64,000 nucleotides of DNA from Hormiphora californensis (Eukaryota > Animalia > Ctenophora): NCBI GenBank assembly GCA_020137815.1, contig CM035354.1:5146001-5210000 (forward strand). The letters run 5' to 3'. Positions 54,901-64,000 of the stretch are shown one piece after another. The position numbers and the translations under genes are program-made. The notes under the pieces are model-generated. The model saw only the letters and a list, made by a program, of their open reading frames with translations, ran no database searches and was not told the origin of the DNA. The first letter of the stretch is position 1. The number at the start of each line of letters is the position of its first letter.

Positions 54901-56997
54901 AAATAGCACACATTATTATCCTTATGACAGCTGGGTAATATTATATTTGCAGGACATCATACTATTATTAAAGCAAATAGGGAAATGATGGGTGATGGTT
55001 TTTTTACCAAATATGGCACAAAATTCCTGGAAATGGCCTTTTGCACGTGTTGTCCCTAGAGGGATCCTGGCAACCTGCCAGCTTGAGCCTTAAACTGCAC
55101 GTGCATCCTTGATTCATCTCTCTGCCGGTTGTGTGATTGATCGTTTGCTCGATTTGATCTGTTCACCCCCTGTTCACCACGTTTCGTGAACATGACTACT
55201 CAACTTCAACACAATCGCCAGCGAGTTTGGGCCATATGTCCCAAACTGGCGCTGACGCCTATAGACTACGTGATAGAATCCTACAAAATAGGTGATTATT
55301 ATTCAAAAAATGTTGTCAACACACGTAATAACAAAGTATCAATGGCACTAATAAGAAATGGCAGTAATACGTGAAAGTATTTTGCAAATGTGCTCCTTCA
55401 TAAAATACTTCAGGACCTGGCAAAAGAGGACCCGTGGTTTTTCTGTCGAAAGAATCGCTGTGGTTAATTTACCTGATAAATTTACTGATTTTAAAAATTT
55501 CAAATGATACTACACTATTTGCTTAGTTTACTGTATGACCATTGACCATCCCCGACATTCGCCCGTAGGGCGAGCGGGCTTACTAGTAGCCTCAATTTAT
55601 AATGTCCCCTTTATGTAACCCTAGAGACCCATAAATCCCAAGACCCACTGCCTCTTGCTCCCCTGCCCTCCAAGAAACAGCAGAATATTGGTCCCCGGTA
55701 AATATACCCCTGCAAGTGAAACTTTGGTAATTAACTCTTCCCTTTCAGATTTGTAGTAAGTGTTGTGGGGCACTGTGGGTGTTGACCACCAGCGACAACA
55801 ACACAGCCATCCTTACCGAGGAATGTGGGTTACAGGACATCTGCAAAGTTATGAGGACACATCAGGTATACCTCGCATGTTACTTCTTGGTGGGGATTGA
55901 ACTTCTCCCTCGTGCCATATATTTTCCTCTCAATTCATCCAGATTCCGTTTAGCTTTTGATCCCTCCTCATAACACAATTTCACAACACTAGGACTCAGA
56001 AGAGGTGATAGAGAATGCCATCCAATCACTGTGGTCCCTCACCGCTGAAGATGAGAATATTGACATAATGAGGGAGGAGAATGTTGTGGGGATGATTGTT
56101 GCAGCAGTGAAACGACACATGGCATCACCCAAGGTTGGTAGTTTCTTGAAATGTCAAACAAAATTCTTTCCCCTTCTTGCAATTGAGGCTATTAAATATT
56201 AATCTCCCCTAATTCAGGTGGTGAAGAGTGCCTGTCAGACGATAGAGGGTATAGTTGATGCAGATGAGTTGTGTGGGTTACAGCTGCTAAATGTGTCTGG
56301 GGGTGGTGCCATGATACCAGTCATCTTGGACGCCTTCCAGCAACACGACAGCAACCAGGAGGTTAGTCGAGGATATAGGGGGAGATACATCTCCCTACTC
56401 TGATTTATAGGAGATGGATGACGTAGAGAATGTTAGTTTAGAGGGGTGGAACATGTAGACACTATAGGAGATCAGAGAAGTATTGGACAATGAATGGCTA
56501 ACAGATTCAAATGTGAGATTCACACCACATATTTCAGGTTGTGGAGGCTATGTGTGAGTTGATGTGTACGATGGCAGAACTCGATCAATTATCAAAAGAG
56601 CTAGCCAGCTACTCTGTTGTGTTCACACTTCTCCAATCAGCCATTAGGGAATTCCCCCGAATAGAGGAAATAACAGAGGTGAGAAATGAGTGCTTGTGAG
56701 GCCCTATGAAAAGGGGAGGGGAATTTGGAATCCCATTTGTGGATCGGGTGATTTAAGGAGCGGTGTGACTTGTTTACACACCTGTTTAAAGGGTAATTGT
56801 TCAGGATGAGGTTATACGCTCTTTAGCATGATTGTAGACTAAACCAAATTCAATTACTGAACCCTTGGGCACCCTGCCCCCTCTTCCTTTACCATACCTA
56901 CAGAAACTACCACCTCCCTTTTTCTAACACTCATCCCTTATCCCTACAGAAAGCCTCCATCGCTATTGAATCACTCCAGGCTATCCAAGACGTATAA
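51932..56997 (+). CDS. STKLD1: Ser/Thr kinase + armadillo-like repeats, STKLD1 (SgK071)-like
   Basis: MDNYKILQRLGKGAQGSV, YVLKKMEC, FVSWD...FVCIVMEYY, HRDLKPSN, DFG, WMAPE; helical ARM-like C-terminal exons; stop 56995-56997. Confidence 0.75.
54957..55586 (+). mobile_element. Non-autonomous Helitron in a kinase intron
   Basis: A|TCATACTATTATTAAAG 5' end (inferred); 3' hairpin TCGCCCgtaGGGCGA then CTAG|T at 55583-55587. Confidence 0.7.
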
Positions 56998-57670
56998 CAG
57001 GAACCGGACTGAGCTGAACGCTGCTGCGCTACAACTGAGTTGCGACTAAAGAATCAGAGTTTTCCCGCGAGAAACTTGAGGATGTTATTTTTTGGAGTTT
57101 TTAAGAGAGCTGTGTATTATTACTGCGAGAGTGTGTATTTTTCGTGTACATTAAATTTGTACATAGCTTATGCATTCTGCACATTGGTAAATTATGTTGT
57201 TTGTTTCATGTCTCAGGTCACCCTCTTTCTTACTTTTTAGGCCGGTAGGTACCTATAGGTATGCCCTAATCGGTATGCTCTCAGTAGCTGTGTATGTTAC
57301 TGTGCGGTCGGTAGTAAAGGTCGGGGGGAGTTGATAAAATTGAAATCAGTAACAACGTTAGTGTTCCTCCCCCTCCATGGTACCACACCACTCTCTCTAA
57401 TAGTAAGTGTGTGGCCTGCTCCACTGCACATAGTGGTCGTTCCCATGGTTACCAAGCGACACTTTAGCTCTCTATCTCCTCCAATAGCTCTCTGGCATCC
57501 TGTAGTGGTTTCCCTTCCTAACACACGTACACGTACACACATGCACAGACAACCTCTCCGGAGTTTTCATTGGTAACTCAACTATTTACATGGTCATATT
57601 ATGAATATATTACTGCTGAATGGTCTTCCTTATCTCCCTCTCTTCTAGCCCATGGTTTAGATCAGCTGTA

Positions 57671-58561
57671 ATGTCAGAGGGAAGGGTTCGTACAGCGGTC
57701 AGGGTGAGGCCTCTGACAACCCCTGAAAAGGAGAAGGGAGGACAGAAGGTCGTCAAAGTATCTGGAGAGGATAAAATATCCGGTTAGTTGGAATTTCTTG
57801 TAATGAGATTTCATTTTATTCAAGTTTACTTACCGAACTCTCACCAATTTTCAGTTGGCGAACAGAACTTTTCCGTCCGAAGTTTTGGACCAGATGCGAC
57901 AACAAGTCAGATTTACAAATCCCTCCTGGAAGCCTCTCTCACTCAGGTGATATAATTTGTTACTCAATAAGATATAATGACCACTAATGCTTGCTATGTA
58001 GACCTATTAGTAGAAGCTATCCCTGAATTTAGATATCGACTGGATAGCTTCCAATTTCTATCGACTAATATTAATATCTGTGTATTTCTCAGGCTGTAAC
58101 CAAGGGTCACAACCTAGGGATTGTATGTGTGGGTGATAGCAAGTCAGGTAAATCGACTACCCTGGGTGGCCAACAACATGGTCCTGGACTGGTATCCCTT
58201 GCTGCGGAAACAATCTTCAAACTAATCGGGGATAAGTCCCATTTTGTCGGGGTCACCTATACCAATGTTCACCGGGAGAAACTGGTTGATCTTATAAATC
58301 CTGAGGAGAGGGAGCTAAAGGTATGTATCTCGAGTTGAAGTGGTTAGGGTCGTGATGTCAGAACTTGTTTCCTCTAAGAGGGTATGTTGCCATGGTTACC
58401 AAGAGAAATTAAATAACGTCACATAACAACCTTACCATCGCTCGAGGGAGAGAGGGAGATCGGATGTTAGCTACACGCATACAGTAGCTACTGAGCAGGA
58501 TAGACTTTTAAAAACCACATAATTATATACCTCCAATCGAATTCATCTCTCTTTCTATCTT

Positions 58562-58620
<59 letters not shown>

Positions 58621-61600
58621 CCCTCTCAGATAAAGACTCATCCTACAGTTGGAATGTTCGTGGAGGGATTATCAGAATTATCCGTCAAAAGTGCTGAAGA
58701 ACTGGTCAGAATTTTTGAACAAAGTACGTAGACTGTCACAATAATATATCTGGTTTGAAATAATGATACAGGGCTCTTCATCTCTCTTACCCTAGTTGAA
58801 TAACTTAAAGTTTTCTACAGATAGTAGGTTATTTCCTAAGGGTCCAGTTAGAGATTTTGCGACCGAAGTTAGTTACAATGGTGCAGGCCCCTGCTGACAC
58901 TGCTGAAACTGCCGCGCGCGCCACTCTAGATGCAAATCACATCGAAAACCCTGCTAGTCAACGAAGATTTCGCGCGCACAGGGACTCTCCCAGCTTGCGC
59001 CAGTTGCAGATTGGAGGCTGGCGCCAGAAACTGGCGCCAGCCTCCAATCTGCAACTGGAGCGTAACCCTTCGAGGAAGACAACCCAAACTAATGTTATCC
59101 ATTTCCCCAGGTAACAAGCTAAGAAAGATACTGGAACTGGAAATGTCAATAGCCTCGACAGAGAGTCACACATTGTTCAGTGTGATGTGTGAGCACAGAG
59201 TAACCCCCGAATCATCCCTTACTACCTCAACCATTCAGTTCATAAACATCGCAGGACTAAATCATAGGAAGAGTGATGCTGTTAGTAATAGCTTGAAGTG
59301 CTTTGAGGCACTACCTACTGAACTTCAGGGATCATCAAGTCCAGGTATATAATACACTTTTCTTCATTCTCTTTCTAACCTTGTTTTTCTTTGACCTGGT
59401 AGTCTAGTGATAGTGAGCTAAGCTTACATAACTGACTTTGTATGAGCTACCCTGGAGAATATCGAAGAGCAATTCTAATACAAATCTTCTCCATACTTAT
59501 AGGATTTGGTGGTAGTAAGCTGACACAGATGTGCCGCAAAGTTATGGACAAGACTTCTGATCTGGTAGTTCTAGGCCATGTTTCTCCAATGGGACACAGG
59601 TAACTAAACTTGTGATATCTTAGTTGGTTGTTTTTTTAGAGAATTCTTGACCTCTCCAGTCTACATAGAAATATGTATTCCTGTCAGAGACAGTCCATAT
59701 TTTATTTTATTTCCCTGCCCGGGTGAATGCCGAAGGCATTCACCCGGATGCCTTTTTGCTTTGCAAAAAGGCATAGCAGGGTTAGAATTCGAAAACGACA
59801 TTTTGGTATACCTACTAACTAATCGGTAGAGGGACCGTTTTGGTCACACTTTAGTTGCGAGGGGCAACGGTGTAGCAACAAGAGCCGCGCGCACAGTTAC
59901 GAGCTGCTCCTTCATAAACCACTTCATTGGCACGTTTTCCACGGTGTCCCTTAAGGAGGTGAAACCTCGACTAGATAAAGTTTTTTGGAGACCGGACCTA
60001 GGTTACGTATTTTTGACCGAGGAATCCGAAAAACATAAAATTAAAATCGAAAACGTAGCGGTTTTTGCGTAAAACGGCAAAAACTGTCATTTTTCAGCGA
60101 TTTTCGACTTTTTACGCTTTCTAGAGATTTTAAAAATATTTCCTTACAAGATATGATCTTGTGCTTCTAGACTAATAAAATACAATCGATTTGCTACAAA
60201 TTGGTCCCGGGTTTGTGTGATTTGGTCAAAAGCTCTCTTTACTGTGGCCCATCAAAGATGGCTACTCTGCAAATACGTTTTTGGCTCCTGTGGCCGCAGA
60301 TAAAACCAAAAGAAGATTTATTATACACCAAAATTTGCGTCTTCTGAAGGCGAACAACCTGGTTTTTACGAAATTTGATTTCATGCAGGCGTTCAAAAAT
60401 TACAGCCGAAAAACTGGTACAGTGGATTTCGGAAATACCCCTACTTCAACAAACCCTAATCCAGATAAGATTTCGAAAAATATACATCTTCGTACATGAA
60501 AATGAAGCTCAGACAAATGCCAACGTGATGCAAAAAACGGGAAGTGTGTAACTTATTTCGTTTAGAAGCTATAGCGAAAATAAAAGTGCTTGTATTTGCC
60601 TTGAAAACACCCTCTAAAAACCATACTTTCAGACAATTTCTGACAATTTCAAACAAATTCTGTCCACAGGGGGCTAAGTTGGTGCACTGGAGGTGACATT
60701 TTATTCGTATTGCATTTTTAGACAGATTTGCTATTTTTCAGGGCTTTTAGAGGGTGTTTTCAAGGCAAATACAAGCACTTTTATTTTCGCTATAGCTTCT
60801 AAACGAAATAAGTTACACACTTCCCGTTTTTTGCATCACGTTGGCATTTGTCTGAGCTTCATTTTCATGTACGAAGATGTATATTTTTCGAAATCTTATC
60901 TGGATTAGGGTTTGTTGAAGTAGGGGTATTTCCGAAATCCACTGTACCAGTTTTTCGGCTGTAATTTTTGAACGCCTGCATGAAATCAAATTTCGTAAAA
61001 ACCAGGTTGTTCGCCTTCAGAAGACGCAAATTTTGGTGTATAATAAATCTTCTTTTGGTTTTTATCTGCGGCCACAGGAGCCAAAAACGTATTTGCAGAG
61101 TAGCCATCTTTGATGGGCCACAGTAAAGAGAGCTTTTGACCAAATCACACAAACCCGGGACCAATTTGTAGCAAATCGATTGTATTTTATTAGTCTAGAA
61201 GCACAAGATCATATCTTGTAAGGAAATATTTCTAAAATCTCTAGAAAGCGTAAAAAGTCGAAAATCGCTGAAAAATGACAGTTTTTGCCGTTTTACGCAA
61301 AAACCGCTACGTTTTCGATTTTAATTTTATGTTTTTCGGATTCCTCGGTCAAAAATACGTAACCTAGGTCCGGTCTCCAAAAAACTTTATCTAGTCGAGG
61401 TTTCACCTCCTTAAGGGACACCGTGTTTCAGGAAATGTGTGGCGCGCAATGTGGCGGCGTGGCGCGCAATTTAGTGCTACTAAAACACAAGGATTTGCTC
61501 TATACTGTTTGTGTGATGTATAAATGATCGGGATCTTGTGTCCCGCTTGCTGCTACAGCGGATCTGGTCATGATTCACATGGCAGGGAAATTCAACATTA

Positions 61601-62677
61601 TGTTAGAACTTAGAACATAATGCAATTAATCTTGTTTTCCAATGTTTCAGTACAGATGCCTTGGAGCATCTCCAGAAATGGGGAGGAGTGGCTCTATCCA
61701 TAAAACCTAACACACTAGATACAGATGAGCTAATTTGGGAGCTGAGGGACCGTGTAGCTGCTGCCCGCAAAGTTATTCTCAATCAGAAATCAGGCGATAT
61801 TCCCAAGGTTAGATTTTGGCAAAGTGAGAGATAATAATGATAATACAATTTAGGGTCACCACACACCAAAGTTAAAATTAAAATTAAAATTTGACGTTTT
61901 TGGTCATAACTCTGCCATTTCTTGGCAAAATTGCCTCATTTTGGGCTTGTTGGAAAGAGGGCATCGAGCCCGTTCTGAACAGCTCAAGAAACTTGAAATC
62001 TGCACAAAGTGCGCGGCGTTACAGTGCAAAATGTGTGCGTTAAAATTTTAAAATTTTAACGTGCGCATTATGCGCCTTAACGCTGCGCACTCTGCACCGA
62101 TTTTCCTCAAGTCCTCACGAGATATAACAATAGCTCTTCCATAGGAGCACATAGCGGAACTAGAGAGTGGAATTAGCGCACTAAAAGCTGCCAAGAAACT
62201 ACACTGGGAGGAGAGAGAACGGACTAGTAGTCTAGTCGAGGTGCAAAGACGGCAGACCCTCGCTGATCAAGGCATCCTTGAGTGGGTGCTGGAGAAAACA
62301 ACGACAAAAAGCAGTAACTCTGTACAGTTGCTGCAGAGGGAGAAAGAGGAACTTGTAACAGAGTATAAGGGACAGAGGGGAAGTGTTGAAAAGATGAAGG
62401 GGGAGCTACAAGCTAGTATCAACAACCATACAACACTTGCTGAGCAACCTAACCAGTCGGAACAAGTCCTCCAGGTATTTAATCAGTTAGTGTCATACAA
62501 ACCAATAATTGTACAATACCACATCTCCAGATATATAAAAACTGGGTCTCGAAGTGTATATTTCCCCTGCAGGAAAGTCTGTCAAAGATTCACAAGTTGA
62601 GAGATAAGTTGAAGGCAGGGAATGAAAAACTAAAGGATCTGAAGGGATCAATAAGAGATGTTCAGGACAAACTCAAG
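57671..62677 (+). CDS. Divergent kinesin-like protein (motor + coiled coil); continues beyond the last exon found
   Basis: VRTAVRVRPL, GDSKSGKSTT, EKLVDLI, HPTVGMFVEGLSELSV, ESHTLFSV, FINIAG, SKLTQM, GHVSP; nine phase-consistent exons. Confidence 0.85.
59000..59058. repeat. Perfect 28-bp-stem hairpin in a kinesin intron
   Basis: CCAGTTGCAGATTGGAGGCTGGCGCCAG-aaa-CTGGCGCCAGCCTCCAATCTGCAACTGG. Confidence 0.9.
59705..61622 (+). mobile_element. Helentron/HINE-like non-autonomous element
   Basis: T-rich 5' site; subterminal IRs ATTTCCCTGCC (59709-59719) / GGCAGGGAAAT (61581-61591); 5' hairpins at 59719-59775; 3' stem-loop CATTATGTT...AACATAATG at 61596-61622. Confidence 0.7.
59940..61425. mobile_element. 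Chapaev-like foldback element with about 680-bp near-perfect TIRs
   Basis: TTTC|CACGGTG...CACCGTG|TTTC (4-bp TSD); arms 59940-60619 and 60745-61425. Confidence 0.85.
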
Positions 62678-62683
62678 GTAAAA

Positions 62684-63564
62684 CTACACGATACATATCT
62701 TAGTTTGATAGTTTGGGTTGTTTTTTATCGTGCTGGGAATAAAATTTGAGAAAAAAGAAGCCCTTGATTCATGGTTGGCCCATGACCCATGACCCCTTGG
62801 CATCGGTCTATGATAACTAGGAATCGGTAAGGTTATAGCATGCCAAACTCTGCCCCGTAAGGCAGAACGACATTGCAACCTTGTCATACGATAACTAGGT
62901 TTGGCTATTTCATTACCGACTGGGATATCCTCTGATATCCTGTAGTACTCCGTTGCCGTTGCTTTATATCCTCCTATCGTAATATTGGAAACTGTCTCCC
63001 CTTGCCAGTGGCTCACACACTCATCTTTACTACTGTTAGAGAACGTAAAGTTGACCACCACCACCCCATCACACCACAACACCAAGTACATCTCACTTTT
63101 GGCTAGAGTCCAAGTTTTCTCTGTCGTCATGTTGCTCGGTTGAACCTCCATGGCACAGTACCACCCATCAGAACAGTCATCTGTACAATGTTCTATCTTG
63201 TATTCGAACTGGTTGGCAGCGAATTTAACCCGGAACTTCCCGGGGTCGAGATACAGGAGTATTTCATCGTTAGTACCAAGGGAGGTATTGGTCCAGAGAT
63301 AGAGAGGTCCATCACCACCATCTAGATCGTGTTGTATTGTTGTAGAGTTGTTCACAATCACCCAACCTGCAAGAATCACAATGGTAAAATATGTATCTCT
63401 ATCAGTGATAAATCAATCGATCAAGTAAATTTGTGTACTCATCCTACCATGGAAGACATCCCTAATAATCCCTAACAATCTCTGAACTTACCTGTCCCGT
63501 TGGGTTCCGAGACTGCCGCTGAGATTTGGTATAAAATAAGGAGAGCAAGCATACTGTAGACCAT
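62684..63564 (-). CDS. Secreted glycoprotein of the same unnamed domain family as 1794-6317, nested antisense in a kinesin intron; exons 63564-63492 and 63366-(62917 or 62684)
   Basis: Signal exon MVYSMLALLILYQISAAVS, phase 1; PLYLWTNTSLG...TWTLAKS...CDGVVVVNFTFS...C..HW...ATEYYR; many N-x-S/T sites. Confidence 0.75.
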
Positions 63565-64000
63565 ATTTAGATGTTATGATCTATGTTACCTTTGAGGGTC
63601 CTTGCGTTGCAGTTCTTCCTCAACAGTATTTGAATATGCATTACATAATAAGGAAGACTTCTGGAGGATGAATACTAAAGTAGTGTCATGTCCTTACTCG
63701 AGTTTTAGATCTGGATGTCTTGACTAACATTACGAAAGATCCCCAGCCTAGTTGAGGTCATATTTTATTCACCTAGTAGTATCCAGCTAACTCCGGAGTT
63801 GCTTTTTTCCCTCAAAGTTGCCGCATAGTTAATGCATCGTTCATTTATGAATGGTTAATGATGGTGACCGGGTAGACTCAAGAGTTTCCTGTCCTCTCAC
63901 TATATCATTATTATCATTATACCTCCCAACTATATCTCCCCATATTGTATCTCCTAATATCCTATCCTAAACCCCACAGACAGAGAAAGCAGTTGGTGGG

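Noticed and set aside
60281-61164. Mirror-image ORFs on both strands
   Set aside because: By-product of the foldback palindrome; no transposase motifs

Overview
Compact, intron-containing animal genomic DNA with GT-AG introns, many (CT)n/(GAGACA)n microsatellites and a 100-N gap at 26830-26929. A ctenophore origin is my inference from the compact genes, nested genes and a recurring secreted-domain family; the sequence does not prove it. About 16 protein genes can be rebuilt by hand: a secreted-domain gene with an SRCR-like gene inside its first intron, DSTYK-like, PWP1, RPN1, SEC61G, MRPL49, HMIT/SLC2A13-like, an ARHGAP32/33-like SH3-RhoGAP, VAP, OCIA-like, ASZ1, an FET-like RNA-binding protein, an MGCxxS acylated disordered protein, an STKLD1-like kinase, a degenerate kinesin and a second secreted-domain paralog nested antisense in the kinesin. 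Non-autonomous DNA elements are abundant: three Helitrons, a Helentron-like element holding a Chapaev-like foldback, a Merlin-like element carrying a retroelement-like fragment, and several MITEs. Main signals: (1) operon-like same-strand gene clusters with splice acceptors just upstream of start codons, suggesting SL trans-spliced polycistrons (including SEC61G-RPN1); (2) multi-level gene nesting; (3) three genes, two of them housekeeping, each broken by a +1 frameshift; (4) tandem arrays of an RFX X-box-like palindrome. All gene models are manual and all family calls rest on remembered motifs, not database searches.
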